Below are positions 48,253 through 62,786 of a stretch of DNA of 64,000 nucleotides, piece after piece; positions within the stretch are counted from its first letter, which is position 1, and every line of letters starts with the position of its first letter. Source of the DNA: Massalongia carnosa (lineage: Eukaryota); NCBI GenBank assembly GCA_965645245.1, contig OZ287085.1:310001-374000 (forward strand), given 5' to 3'. The notes under the pieces are model-generated. The model ran no database searches, had not been told where the DNA came from, and saw only the letters and a list, made by a program, of their open reading frames with translations. The translations under genes were made by a program, and so were the position numbers.

Positions 48253-51200
48253 CACCCCTCTACAACGTCTCCCTATACACCTACCGAGATCGATACGTAC
48301 ACAGAATCGATTCAAAAATTCCTACAAAATGTCATTAATACAGCCGTTCCGTAGGCGAAACTTAGCGAATATGCTAAGCCTTTCTGGACAGAAGAATGCA
48401 ATATTGCCACCAAAGCCACACGAAAATTACGCCGCATATGGTCTGACACACGAGATCCAGCGGACTGGTTCAACTACATGAAATCTAATGACAAGAAACA
48501 GAAAATTATCCAAAAAGCAAAGAGGACAAATTTTCGTCAAGAGATTAGTAAGGCTACCGAAACGCCTCACGGTCTGTGGCGGCTAGCGAAATGGGCCAAA
48601 GACAAAGATAACTCAGCTATAGAAGTACCCAAAATGCCGACTTTAAAGTTTAATGATCAAATATCGGACATGTTTGATGAGAAAGCCGAAATGCTGAAAA
48701 GTATTTTCTTTCCCGCACCACCACCAGACGACTTAAGCGATATAGAAGGATCCTTCTATCCAGCTTCGCCGCACTGTCCAATGATCATCACCAGGTCAGA
48801 ATTGTCGAAGGCCCTACATCGGCTCAAGCCCGATAAAGCACTGGGTCCTGACGGCATATCTAATAGAGTACTCAAGGCATGCGCGGAAAAACTTGTTGAA
48901 CTATTAAAACCTCTATTTCAGGCGTGCGTTACGCTTTCGTACCATCCCCAAGCCTTCAAAATGGCAAACAAAATAGCATTAAGAAAAATAGACAAAGGGA
49001 ATTACACCACTCTAAAGGCTTACCGACCAATTGCATTACTCAACACGCTCAGCAAAGTAATGGAATCTATCATAGGATCAAAAATAACCTATTTAGCGGA
49101 AACAAATCGGCTCCTACCCGACACAAAGATGGGAGCGAGAAAGGGCAGATCTACAGAATCAGCTCTGGAGTTGTTAACCGAACAGTTTCACACGATTTGG
49201 GGACAAGGAAAAGATAAAGTAGCCACACTTTTAAGCATGGACGTCGCCGGCGCGTTTGATACAGTTTCACATCAAAGAATAACGCACATCTACGTAAAAG
49301 AAAAATCCCGAAATGGATTACTGATTAGCTAAACAGCTTTTTAAATGATCGTAGCACAACTCTAGCTATAAATCGAAAAGCGACCGGATGATTCGCGGTG
49401 AGAACCGGCATACCACAGGGCTCCCCTCTCTCATCCAACCTTTATCTATTCTATAATGCAGACCTATTGGAAATATGTGAGCGACCAGGCACAAACACAA
49501 GTGCCATAGGATTTGTAGACGATGCCAACATTTTGGCATACGGAAAAAGCACCGAAGAGAATTGCAAGACTCTAGAGTCAATACACAGACAATGCGAAAA
49601 GTGGACTTCCCGACACGGATCTCTATTCGCTCCGACGAAGTACGAACTCATTCACTTGTCTAGAAATCCCAAAAGATTCAATATGACTGCATCTATCAAC
49701 ATTGCATGCACCGGAATTGAACCAAAAACGGACATTAGAGTCTTAGGCTTGCAAATTGACACCAAATTGAAATGGGGACCGCACGTTCGCAAAACGCAAA
49801 AGAAAATGGTTAAACAATCCATGGCATTTACAAAAATCTCCACATCGACTTGGGGTGCCACCTTCACCAAAGCAAGGCAAGTTTACAGCGCCGTTGTCAG
49901 TGTTCGCAATGGAGTGACTGGATTGGATTGGAGTGGCGCTCCAATCCAATCCATTAAGTCTAGACCTATATGGATTGGAGTCCATTAAGATTAAACCTTA
50001 ATGGATTGGACTCCATTAAGGAATATATTTAATGGATGGAGTGGATCGGAGTTCATGGATCTCCAGTGGAGTTAATCCATTTAATCCATGGACTCCATGG
50101 ACTCCACTGAAGTGCAGTGCGTACAAACCTTTCCGGAACCTCCCTCGAGCGTAAAACCACTTTGTAGTAGATATAAATTGCCTAATCGAGACGACGACCC
50201 AGCTAAGCGAGGACGACGACCTTTGTGTTTTGATGATTTTGGCTGGATTTTCGCACCTTCCATGGCCCGGTAAACCTCGGCTAGGGGGTAGAGTCTGAAA
50301 TATAGGTGGTAGATTGAGGTTGCGATGTTGAAGTGATGAGGAAGGAGTGTTTTTGCATTTGTTCTCCACGAACTCAAAGTAGTTTTTGAACCTTTCAACT
50401 AAAATTAACTAGGAAAAATTCAAAAGATACCTAAAAGAACCTTTCCAGCAATGCCAAATTTGCTATCAAACATAGCAAATATCAACTTCTAGTCCCCTTG
50501 GCAACCATGCACTCATCCCACCTCCTATGGGTTCCCTTGATCCCCGAACTTCTCTCCTGCCTTCTGGTACGCTGGTAAGTACTCGAAATAGTCTCCTAGA
50601 ACTAGCCCACCCATGGCCCAGCTTCTAATACACTCTCCTGCCTCAATAAAGTCGGGTTTTAGACGATTCCTATGATCTGGAATCATCAATTTGGACGAAG
50701 AGAACAAGCGTTCGACCTTTGCACTCATGCCAGGCACAGAGAATATATCCCTGGCCATTTGAGCTAGTCTAGGATAGTGAGGCTCGTGAGCTTTCCTCCA
50801 TTCTAAGTGGCCAGAGAACCCGCAACCATCTTCATCAACTGGTTCTGTATTACAGTACCGTCTATATTCATCTCTGACAGTGGATTTAGCTTTGTTTGTA
50901 CTCCTTTTAAGGTGTTCCTTCAAAAGGGAGGGCTTAGCGTGCTACAAATATAGTTAGCCGTGTTTTTATATTAATAAGTGTTAATATACCTTATTATTTT
51001 GACTTCCAGGTGACGGTGTATCATCTTCAGCAACCTCTATATTTGCATATAAGTCTTGCCAAAGTTTTTGGACCTTCGTACGAGCTTGAGCAAGGTCACT
51101 AGCACTCATACTATCCTCAAAATAAGTCCACTTATACCAGGGCATCAGGACGACGGCCACTAAATAAATAGGGGAAGTGAGTAGTTGACGGTATTTCTCT

Positions 51201-54200
51201 AGCTTTTGCATGGCGTTAATAATGTTCAGTTCCAGTCGTTTACTAGCTAGTTCCTGTGGGTTTGACTGATCGACTTCATCAAGCTCAAAGCCAAATAGCT
51301 GCTCTTCCATCCCCTTTTTTATTAAATCATATGAAGGGAGCACTTGGTGAGCGTAACCATTATTTCCTATTAAAAGCTTAGTGATTATCGAGTTATTTAA
51401 AGCTTATATAATATACCAGACATCTCTCTTCCTTGTAAACTCATCATAAGCTCTTCGAGTGGTTCCATAAAAGCAATCACTTCCTTGGCGTAGTTCCAAT
51501 CGTCAACCGTCATTTGCGAATCAAAAAGAGTCTTCTCAGTAAATGATTGCTCAGAGTTACGATGGACGAATAGTTCAAGAGAGTCTTTGATTTGAATGGC
51601 CCGTCGAAGCATATTAAGAGTTGAAAACCATCTAGTGATTTGCTCTTTAATTGGATGCAAGAGAGGGTCTTGAATCGTCTTATTAATCCCTTCAAACTGC
51701 TCGATCCTTTGAGCGGTGGCCATTATAAAGACAGTAATCACATGAAGCTTCGTAATAGCATCTATTGGACGTTTCCAGACTGCCTTGGGCTCCCCTGGGA
51801 GTCGTTGACGCGCTTGCTTCGTAGGTTTGTTCTCTAAGAATGCAGTTGCCACGAGATTAACGATATGGCCGAAACAACGTAGTCGGTGAGTATCAGCGTC
51901 CCACCTAACTCCCTGCAAAAGGAGATGTTCCTCGACTGCTCTCAAGCAAGTGTCATTATCACCGGCATTATCCAAAACACAGTAGCCGAGCCTACCCCCT
52001 AGTTTATAAACTTCAAGGGCCTTGACTATTAATTTTGACATATTCTCTCCACTATGGGGTCCAATAAGACGCTTCATGCCAAGAATCACTGTACGTGCTT
52101 GCCAGGAACGATCAATAAAGTGACAGCAAAGACCTAGCATAGAGAAATTATTAGGAGACGACCATAAGTCAAAGGATATATGGACTTGGCAGTTGCTTTC
52201 CACTAATAACTGAATCAATACAAGTTGACAAGCTAGAAATATCTCTAATAGTGCAGCTTTAATGGAATTGCCCGACTTGGGGAGTGTATCATTGCCTCGT
52301 AAATACGGACTTGAATATAAAAGCAGGTCTCGAAAAGCACGCTGCTCTACAATGGCAAAAGGAATATGACAAATACAAAGAAATCGTAAGAGCTTTTGTC
52401 GAAAGACTTCTGGACTAAAAGGAGCAACTACTACCCCTTGTTGAAGATGTTCAACAACAGAGATAGATGCCCTAGCAGCTGCTTCCTTAGGTGGAACAAG
52501 ATTATGGTCCTTTCGTAAGTGCTCTCCATATGAAGCAGTGCCGTTTGTGATCATATACTCAGTATTAGAACCGTCTGCAACACCTGTAGTTAATTAGCTT
52601 TAATAATCGTTAATATAAATTAAATAGATATTGGACAAATGTATAGTACATGTCAAAATGACAACTCGATGGTTCGGTACATATAAAATGGGCGGAATTA
52701 CACTGAGTTCTATACAAATTTTCATAGCAAACATGGCAAATAAGTATAAATCTGGTACTTTACATTTGTTACACACCCAATAGGCCTTGCCCTCCCTCTC
52801 TGCCTTGGTGCCCCAATCCCATATCCAACTACGGCTCGCTCTAGCTCTCTTTGAAGCTATTCCACTTGTAGGAGACGAAAACCGGCCACCAATAACCCTG
52901 CCTTCAATAGAGGTTATAGGTGACGGCCTAGAAGGGCTGCTGGAATGGTTACCAGGAGCGTTCCTGTCGTTCTCAGAGTATATAGTGCCGCTCAGGATGA
53001 TATGGGGACGCTCCGTAGCTTGGGAAGTCGTGGAGGGTGCAGGGGAACGTCGAGAAAAGCTCAGGGCTGACTGGGATGGAGACCTCTGCCATATATTAAT
53101 ATATAAGCTTGATTAAATAAAGGATATAGATCAATACTCTTGAAGCTTCATTCCCAAGCTCTGCTGAACCAACCGTACGCTTTCTGCCACGCGTAATACG
53201 TTCAGGAACGTCGATATCACATGCTCCAGGAAGCTCAAATACTGACTCTGTCTCGCCAGGGTCGGGGCGGGTTGTAGTTGTATCGTCACTAATATCAGAT
53301 ATCACTGCAAGTACGGTTCGGGACGGATTTTGGTGGTTTCTAGTTTAAATAGAAGCAAATTCAGTCCATAGCAAGTGATATTTGTAGGTTGACACGAATA
53401 AAAGCAGTAAAACAAGTGAAATATCACTTAAAATGTGGGAATTACCATAGCTTTAAGGCCCCTGGAGCTATACCTAAAACACCACCTATTTTTAGGCCCT
53501 AATCCATTGGACTCCATGGAGTCCACTCCATTAGATAAATCCTTATTGGAGTGACTCCATTAAGCCTAAAACCTTATTGGATGGACTCCATTTAAAAAAA
53601 AAACCTTTGGAGTGGATTGGAGTGGATTAAATGGAGTGGATATCCATTAAGAATCACTCCATTGCGAACACTAGCCGTAGTGCGTCCGGTCATGACATAC
53701 GGGTCAACCGTATGGCACATGCCCAAAGAAGTCAAAAAGTCAAAAACGTCAACGAGCAAGCTCTCCGTTATGCAAAACAACTGCCTTCGCACCATAGCCG
53801 GTGCCTTTAAAGCCACTCCCATTCCAGTTCTTGAAGCAGAGACATACATAGCACCCATAGATGTACACCTCGACACGCTATAGGCGCAGGCCAGACATCG
53901 ACTCCGAGCCGGAGGTCAATCGAAGGTCATTTCTTCCGCATGCAGCAAAATAGTTAACAAACTTCAAGGCAAGGCAGATCGCAAACGCCTTCAAAAACCC
54001 ACTCCGGGAGAGCTGAAGCACACCTGGGCCAAAAATCTACTGATCGACGTAAAAATCGTTCAACAACCCAAAGCACACCCACCATGGTCCGACCCCTCCC
54101 TAGCTCATCTCCGCGAAGTCTCCGTAGCAGCGTTGGCTCGTCAAAAACAAATGCAGAAAATTAAAGCACGACAGCTGAAAGTCTGGAACGACTCGTGCAG

Positions 54201-54833
54201 CGCATATCAAAATCGCGTCACTGAACCCTCCATAGCCCAATCAGTCCCACTGAGCAAAAAACGACTGAAAATACACACGCTGCTAAAAAAGGCAGAAAGC
54301 GCCCTGACAACACAGATCCGCACCGGTAAGATCGGTCTAGCTGACTTCCTCTACCAGCGACGGGTCCCCGCCGTCACCTCACCGGCCTGCCCATTTGGCT
54401 GGCACAGACAAACTCAAGAACACGTAATTATGTTCTGTAGACTTATTGACAATAGAGAACAGATGTTTCGCGCCGCTGGCACGAACAACTATCAACAGCT
54501 GACCGAAAGATCAAAAACTCTAAAGATATTAACTACTTGGCTAATGAAAACAGGTCTACTGACCCAATTCTCACTGGCATCTACACTATTGTACAATTAA
54601 CAGTAGTTTCACTTCTCTTTTCCTTCTTATCTCACAAGGCGTCACAGTTCTCACATGATTTTCGCTCTGCGTCTCCTGTCCGACGTCGACCCGGTGTCAC
54701 ATCGGACAGGTATCAAGGGATATGGTTTTTACACCTGAAAAAGGTTTTCCATGTAACATAACTTAGATAGCATTGCCCGCTTGGGCCGGCCTACGGCCGG
54801 TGACATATCGGAGTATGAATACATCATCATCAT
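48253..54833 (+). mobile_element. 5'-truncated Tad1-type LINE (same family as 29802-36904), split by hAT-2
   Basis: RT fragments at 48478-49897 resume at 53674 (YSAVV|RPVMTYGST). (CAT)n tail near 54820-54833, with stops and frameshifts. The start is approximate. Confidence 0.88.
49898..53673 (-). mobile_element. hAT transposon (hAT-2) with multi-exon transposase
   Basis: TIR YAGTGTTCGCAATGGAGTGA and 8-bp TSD gccgttgt/gccgtagt, with TGGAGT/ACTCCA subterminal repeats. Motifs ISFDLWSS, LDNAGDN, RCFGHIVNL, TRWFST and ARDIFSVPGMSAKVERLFS. Confidence 0.92.
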
Positions 54834-55001
54834 GACTACTCTGATATCGGTATCTGCAAGTACAGGACGAGTCGGAAATGTGTAACTCGACGGACAAGCG
54901 ATGACCACATAGGATGAAGTAAGACGAATGAAGTTTATTGAATATTAAGAACACATCAGCGTTGATTTAGAAAAACAGTGATCAGACGAGTTTAAACGTT
55001 A

Positions 55002-57730
55002 TGTTACGTAGACGCACCCTGAACACGGCGGTGGCAGACCTGGAGGATGGGCAAGAGCTGGGGATACGGCTATAACGTAATTCACTAGTCAACGGGACAA
55101 ACCGCTCAACGGGACTAAGAAAATCCGAAAATATCAATTTTTGGACTATCTTACATGTTGAAGCCTTTTTATCATACATTTTCCATACAAAAGTAGCTTC
55201 AAATAATAAAACTAATCAATATCATCTTATTAAACAGTATAATAATGGCTGTTTGTAAAAAATCCACCTCTAAAAAAACTTCCAAGCTTCCTTCTTCCCA
55301 CCCCACCTCCGCGTATCAACAACGATTACAATCAGCTTTTCTGGCCTGGAAACAGACCGACAAGACTCTTTCTATCACGAAGGCAGCTGCTCTGTATGGC
55401 GTTTCAAAGTCCACCCTTCATGCTCGCATTCAGGGTCGTCAACCACGATTTTCATCCGATCAAGTCAGACAGCTGTTGACACCCGAAGAAGAGGACGCTT
55501 TGAAGGACTTAATTTTACAATTGTACGCCTGGGGCTGGCCTGCTAAAGTCGCTCAATTGCGTCAGATGGCTATCGAATTATTGCGAGCAAGGGAAATCAT
55601 ACTGCCCTGGGAGTTAATTGGCAACAGCATTTTTACATCGTCATCCCGATTTGCAGGCCAAATATAGTCGCACATTGGATCAAGAACGATTATTTGCGGA
55701 GAACGAATAGATTTTTAAACATTGGTTCGAGCTTTTTCTTTCCGTCAAACAAAAACACGGAATTCTTGATTAAGACATATACAATATGGATGAAAAAGGG
55801 TTGATGATAGGGGTAGCCGCTAGTGCTAAAGTGGTAATATCTAAGCACGAAAAGCAGGCCTTTTCAGCACAATTAGGTAATCGAGAATGGGTGTCATTAA
55901 TCGAGGCCATTTCTGCTACTGGAAGCAGTCTACCCCTCTTCGTCATTTTCAAAGGGGTAAACAAACTGAAGGCCTGGTTTGATGTTCTGGAAGATATTCA
56001 CAGCGAAATCGCCACCAGCGAAAACGGATGGACAGATAACGAACTAGGTGTCGATTGGTTGAAAAGATGTTTTGAACCTGCTACTGCAAAATATTTACAT
56101 CGTGATTATCGACTTCTGATGGTAGACGGTCATGCTTCTCATATTTCTACTAATTTTATCAAGTTTTGCAATGAAAAGAAAATAATTCCTCTGTGTCTAC
56201 CTCCTCATACTACACATTTACTACAACATCTAGACGTGATCGTTTTCGGTCCCCTGTCTCGGGATTATAAAAAACAACTGGAGGCCGTCACTCGATTCAA
56301 CGTTTGTTCGATTGACAAGGTGGACTTTTTGAAGATCATACAGAAAACAAGAAAAGAAGCAATCAACACAAAAAACGTGCTCACTACGTGGAGAGTCACC
56401 GGATTAGTGCCATACAATCCTTCTCTAGTTCTTCAGAAACTCACTAATAAACAAACGGTGTTGCGAAAGACTGACAGCATAATTACCACGACCATCACCA
56501 CTACTACCACCACCACCACTTCCACTTTTACGAATGTCGGAATTGATCCGGAGACCACGTCGGTCTCTGACCCTGACACTCCGATAATTCAGAATTCTGA
56601 GAAAGCTGTCATCGAGGTGGAAAAGACACCTGCAAATATCGATCAATTAGATCAATTGATTCGTCGAATTCGATCTGATGAGAATTCAGGCTCGACACCC
56701 GCCCGAGCGCTAAACAAATTGATAAAGAGGGCCAAATACGCCTTTGCCGACTCTACCTTGCTACGAATTACCAACAACGAGCTTCTTCAGGCCAATTTAC
56801 GGCGGCATCATCGAGCCAATCGTAGCGGGGCTCACTATGGTGGAAAAGCTCGAGTCCTGAGCCTCGAAGACGTTCAACAAAGACAGCAATGGGCTAAAAA
56901 TCAACAGAAGATGAAGGATAACAAAAAGAAGGCCGCTCAGTTGAAACGAGCGGAGCAGGATCTTATCAAAACCTTTAGAGAAATGTGTCGATTTGGGCCT
57001 GATTTACTAGGACAAACGTCTACATCCCCTACGAAAAGTCCTCCAAAATTCCCTGTAATTCACAAAAGAAGGCCTGTAAGTCCTTCAAAACAATGTTTGT
57101 TACCCCCCTTCATGCTTCATCCAATCACGGAGGTGACAGAGACGGTGGAAGGGGCAAAGGAGGTGGTAGAGGTGGTTGAGGTGGTGAAGGAGGTTGAAAC
57201 TACCAGACGAGGTCGTATTGTTCGTCCACCACGTAAAATGTGATTGTTTTAGTAAACTTACATGCAGATGATCATCACTTTTACAATTATTAGACATTGA
57301 AGCCGAAACTGTATGTAAAATGGGTGGGAGGGAGGCTTCAAGAATTAAGCGAAATTTAGTTAGTCCCGTTGAGCGGTTTGTCCCGTTGACTAGTGAATTA
57401 CGTTAGATAAGATGAAGGACGTCATGTGACTAGGGGCACGCTAGTCTGGATCAAGACACCAAGTGGCCGCCAAGACCACTAGAGTGACCATGGCCTGGTT
57501 ACCAGTGACCGCTTGGTCACCAGTGACCGTGGCTTGGACACCAGTGACCAGTACTGGAGACCCCCAGTACCCATCATGTATATAAGGAAGCCTATCTTCC
57601 CCTCAGCTAGATTCCTCGCGGTTAACTCACTAGTAATCCAGAAGGGGATATTCCAGATAATTCTAACCCAGTTCATACTTGATTGCCCATGCACCTCTAC
57701 TGACTATAGTGACGTTACACTGACGTTACA
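55002..57730. mobile_element. Solo LTR (~398 bp net) interrupted by a Fot1 element
   Basis: TGTTAC..GTTACA ends and a perfect 5-bp TSD cgtta at 54997-55001 and 57731-57735. Confidence 0.75.
55075..57403 (+). mobile_element. Fot1/pogo transposon, defective
   Basis: Perfect 44-bp TIR ACGTAATTCACTAGTCAACGGGACAAACCGCTCAACGGGACTAA with TA duplication. Transposase 55245-57243 (NMDEKG, NGWTD, VDGHASH) has frameshifts and stops at 55590-55773. Confidence 0.93.
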
Positions 57731-58479
57731 CGTTATCAGTCTATCTAAAGGGAAAAGTTATCGCGATAGATTTAGCGATACGAAACATCGCTGCGATCGA
57801 CACATTTGATTATCTTCGATCACTTCTGATCATCTGTAACCGTGTGAACGAGGAAACCCTATTTTAATGATAAACCGCACCCGGAGTTACGCTCCGGATG
57901 CGGCTCACCTGCCTGACGCTATCATCTCTATGACACAGTTTTAAATAATTTCTACGGCAAATTACTGAGATGACCCCCAAATAACCCCCCATCTTGCCTG
58001 GGGGTTATTAGGGGGTCAATTACCGTAACATACACCTAATTTTGCTTCTGGCGCTGTCACGATGACCCCCAAACTGTAATTAATTGAAGGGGGTCATTTG
58101 GGGGTCATTTGGAATATTGCGACCGCACAGTTAAATGGCACGCACGAGGGAAAGTCCATTGAGCATCGGCTACCAGATAAAAGCCTTGCTACTCCAAGAA
58201 AGAAGACATAATTACAGCGATATAAACGAGCGACTAGATATCTGTAGCCCGATGATCGTGCGATATCGGGGGGTCAATCATAGGTGAAGTGACTGAACCT
58301 ACAGATTTCAGTTCTATAACTTTCTGCTTTAAGTGCTATAGTCCAATGAAACTCCATAGAATGCTTAAACAAGGCATTGGGACTACGTGGCACTCGGGCT
58401 ATCTAGCATTAACTCGGGACTTATTTGTGCATATCTTCGTTCATCATTTCTGCATACTTATGTCTCGTTCAATCTCACT

Positions 58480-61219
58480 ATGGCCGAATCATCAAAAATG
58501 TTGCTCTACGTCGGTCAAGAGTGGGACGATAAATATGAGACAAGACAGGCGATCACTAATTGGCTTGCAAGCAAGGGCGAGTCATGGCGTGTTGAGAAGG
58601 CCGAGAAGAATAGATATCTAGTTAAGTGCGATCATTGTGACTTTCAAATCAGAGCCAGCTTGTCCAACAAAACTGGGAGATGTAATACTTAAATGTATAA
58701 GAGCTAAGACAAAGAAATACTGACATTAGATCAGGGAAACTCACTAAAATGATCTCTCATACCTGTGCCATATCGAACCACTCCGGCCATTCAGGTAGCA
58801 ATGCTGTTCAGTATTTAGCCACCAACAAGACAAATCAAGCGCTTGTGCAATCTGATCATCGGGTTAAATCGAGGCATTTAATGACCGTCGAGACTTCCAG
58901 TCGAGGAAACAACACAAACTATATGGCGACGTGGCGCACAAAAGAGTTTCTCAAGATTTAAGCGGTTTGGCAATATTAAGCAAAGCTTTCAATATATACC
59001 TGCATTCTTGTCAGCATGCGAAGAACAAAACAATACACGAACAGCATAAACAAATCTGGAGCTAGATGAGAACGGTTTTTTCAAACGATGTTGGGTACTG
59101 CGAAAGGCGACTGAGCGTGCTTTTCGTCATTGTCGTTCGGTGCTTCAGTCTGATGGTACCGCTTGCAAGACATCGGACGGGCTGTGATCTTGTCTCTTGT
59201 TACTCAAGACGGTAACAATCAGGTATTGGAACTGGCGTAGGCATTGGTCCTAATCGAGAGCAAAGATAACTGGATCTATTTTTTACGGGCAATGGCATTA
59301 TATATTCGATTTCGCTCGGGACGACAAGCAGTGATTATTAGTGATCGCAACAAAGGTATCAAACATGCAGTCTCTGATCATTTTCCTGTCGCTTTAAGTG
59401 CTCATTTTTGCAAACATCTCGGAGACAATGTCGATAAAAAATGGAAGAAGACATATTGGAATCTTTTCTGGGATGCGGCCAAAGCTAAAACACAGGCAAA
59501 ACTCGTCACTATACTCAACAGAATTAGAGCGACGAGACCTAAATGCGCGGGCTATATTGAAGACATACCTCCAGAGCAGTGGGCTGTATATGCTTTTCCT
59601 CATCCTCGATATGGTCAATTATGTTCTAATACTTAAGAGTCGCAAAATAATATTTGGCTGGAGGCACGTCACATGCCCGCATTGCTTTATCTTTGTAAGG
59701 AAGCTGTCGTCGATTCTAATCAACCGCTATTAAACTAAAATTTATCTACAAAAGAAGAAAAGAATTATTGTGCGCGACTCGCTAGAAATATCTGCACCGA
59801 GTGTCGCGCTAGCCTCGTGTGCTCCCGTGATCCCCACTTCCATCTCAGCCTTATGTCAGGCTAGGACCTTGACAGTCTTCACCAGATTTGGATCAATGCA
59901 TAGACAAACTTTATGAACGGCACAAGCTTGAACACAAGACAGATAGAGTCACTGATTATGCCTGGAGATGGATTCAAGATGGGCGGAAACAATCTGCCGA
60001 GTATACTGTTCAAAATTCTCGTCCTTTCTGCGGTATCATCACTACTGATACTAGAAGTCATCACATCGTGGATCTGGAAGCCAAGACGTGTACTTGCCAT
60101 GATTTTCAGGATTATGAGACGCCATGTGATCATGCCGTTGCGTTGTGTATGTATAAAGCAAGAAAGAGAACCAGAGGATTTTGTCAGTCCCATCTTTACA
60201 ATCGCTGAGTACAAGACAACATACCAGTCATTTTTACAACCTATTGATCTCAATGTTCTCGCAGCGGCCGATGTTAAACCACCAGAATTTGTAGTCCAGG
60301 CTGGTCGCCCAAAAATCAGACGTGAGAGAAGAAAACGATTTGATTTATCAAATCCGCGAGTGACGTTTCTGCTAGTACTGCAAGTAGTAGATCCAAAACT
60401 GCTTCTGTCTCTCAATCTAGTCACTACGAAGATGAAGTTGATAAAGAGAATGACAATGACAATGACTCTAATGACAATAATAGCGACAGCAATCATGACG
60501 GCGAGAGCGACAATATGAGAGTTCATACTGACATAAGTGACTGGAATGGATTCAGTGATCGTTCTTTTGTTTTTAGGTCTCGCAGATTCTCGGCTCAAAA
60601 CGATGAAGATATTGCGACCGAGAGTGACAAGAGTTTTACATCTCATCGCGACAAAATTATTACCCTCGAGAGTGAAATGAATTCCTTATCTCGATCTCAA
60701 TCGTCGTCAATTGTAACAGACTCATCGGAAGAGACTAAGGAAGAGCAGAAGAACTATGCTCGTTGGGCTATTGGATGGTTAGACATGGACGAGGCACAGT
60801 TACAAAAATTTCAAAGGTTTGATATGAATCAGTCGTTTGCTGGAACACTACAGGGACATAGAAATTACAAACGTCGCTTTCCAGAGGCGGCCGAAGAAGA
60901 TGCTCGCAAAAAACAATACTTTATGCTAAATAGGTACGTACTCACCTTAATATTAATTCAAGGCTAATCATTGAGAGCAGGGTCGAAGATATCTGACAGA
61001 GCGACAGTATCAAATTATCGTTCCTCATTTCGAGCATATAGCTCCCGCTCCATCGTCGCATACTTCAGTTCTTAGAAATTTTTTCACCCGCCCATTATAG
61101 ACGTATCCTCAAAGACGATGTCCTCTTCCTCTACGCATTCCATTAGGAGAGCCAACACCACTTTCGGAAGGGGAGAGAACACCTGTGGGCTATGATTCTG
61201 ATGACTTTCCGTACGAGTA
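58480..61219 (+). pseudogene. Mutator/MULE transposase, multi-exon, disrupted
   Basis: MuDR-like N-terminus, SDGT, DGNNQ, ESKDNWIYFL, IISDRNKGI..CKHL and SWIM finger CTCHDFQDYETPCDHA. The element probably starts near 57955-58030 and is cut by Fot1 at 61220. Confidence 0.82.
59694..59874. mobile_element. 181-bp solo LTR inside the MULE coding region
   Basis: TGTAAGG..CCTTGACA ends and TSD atctt/gtctt. Removing it restores ALLYLHQIW. Confidence 0.8.
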
Positions 61220-62070
61220 CGAGATTTCCCGGTGAAACGCCGAACCCGGTGAGAACGCCGAAATTTCTAAATTTCGGCACTTTGCTATTTTTTGCTACCA
61301 TGCGACAACCACCACGATTGATACACTGAAGCTTTGGTAAAATGTAGGTAGAAGGTGTCCAATTTGATGTATAGAAAAAAATTTCTATTCGCCAAAATGA
61401 TTTGCCTTTCGCACCGGTCTCCCCCTAGATGTACGAGAAATTATCATTTCCACTCCCCCAACCACCTCAACATCATCACTTTGCTCCTGGGACTGCTTTC
61501 GACACTTTGGCATCTGCTTTGGCCCTGTAGATGTCGATTTCAACCTCATTGATAATTCAGAAGGCTTAGTACTTGCGTTTTTCAATTCGTTTTGGGCCTG
61601 CTTTTCGACCGCTTTAGCCTGCCTCGCCTCCTCGATCAATGGTTTTTTTTCTATAGCAACTAGGGCCCGTTCTTGCTTTTCTTTTTCCTTCAGCGACTTG
61701 TTAAAAACTAATTGTGCCCGTTTTTCAGAGAGATCCTGTTGCCGTCGTGTCTTTTCGTCATCTTTTGAAGCCTGATAGACTCTGGCCGCTGCCACCCTAC
61801 CCGGACTGAAAAATTGAGGCCCAGAATCTTCTTCACCTAGCAAATTCAGGCGTTTACCACGTTTTCGTCGTTTCTTTTCCTCTTTAAGTGCCTCGCATAG
61901 GCCCCTAATTAGGTGTTGATCAATAGAACGATTAGCTGCGAGACGCTCATTTGCAGCAAATATCTTGGACAATAAAATTCTATTTGGCTCTTTTACGTAG
62001 GCTTTTTGTATGCGACGAACCGCCCGTCCCGTCATAGGTGTCTTGGGTGCTTGTGTGAAGTTAGGTTTCT

Positions 62071-62786
62071 TGTCAGGCGATTAGGGGTCACATGACCCGC
62101 CATGGGTCACATGACACACGAACCCCTATGAGATATCCCTTTTTTTTTTTTTTTTTATTAATTCATTAAGCGTATGCATCCTAAGGATATGACGCTGTGA
62201 CTGCTATTTATGTACATAAACAACAGTCAGGAAGTGGAAACCTGGCCCCCAGGGTAAAACCACTCCCTTGTTCCATGTTGAACGCAACGAGACCGTCCTT
62301 CTACCACGCGGTGCGTACACCCAGATCTTCAAGCGCTAGGAATCCTATAAACTCGATGAACTAGACAGTGTATTTTCACACGTTCGACGAACGTTTTCTC
62401 TCTTTAAACGTTTTGATTCAATGGAGGAAAGACTGGCCGTAATCGAGGGCAGATCGCGGTGTCGTATAAATGAAGGTGTGTAAGTGTGGCCATTCTAAAT
62501 GAATGGGCTTTTTCGATGTGGTGAAAGGCTTCCGCCTGAGGGGTGTGGCCATTCCGAATGAATGGGCTTTTTCGATGAGGTGAAAGGCTTCCGCCTGAGG
62601 GGTGTGGCCATTCCGAATGAATGGGCTTTGTATGTGTGCCTTCGAGGTGACGAATGATCAGTAGAGACGTTGATCGTTCAAATGGCCACCTGAGATATCC
62701 CTTAGTTAGCTAGCCTAGACCTCCCATATATCAATACACACCACTCCTTTTCACCCATATTCCACATTAGCCCATACAGCTTGATA
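62071..62786. mobile_element. Short solo LTR (~154 bp net) hosting a SINE-like insert
   Basis: TGTCAGG..CTTGATA ends and 5-bp TSD tttct. The empty site is present in copy A near 20447. Confidence 0.75.
62142..62690 (-). mobile_element. SINE-like non-coding poly(A) retroposon (549 bp)
   Basis: 13-bp TSD tgagatatccctt at 62129-62141 and 62691-62703, a poly(T) run on the + strand, no ORF, and an internal 59-bp repeat of ~2.5 copies. Confidence 0.85.
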
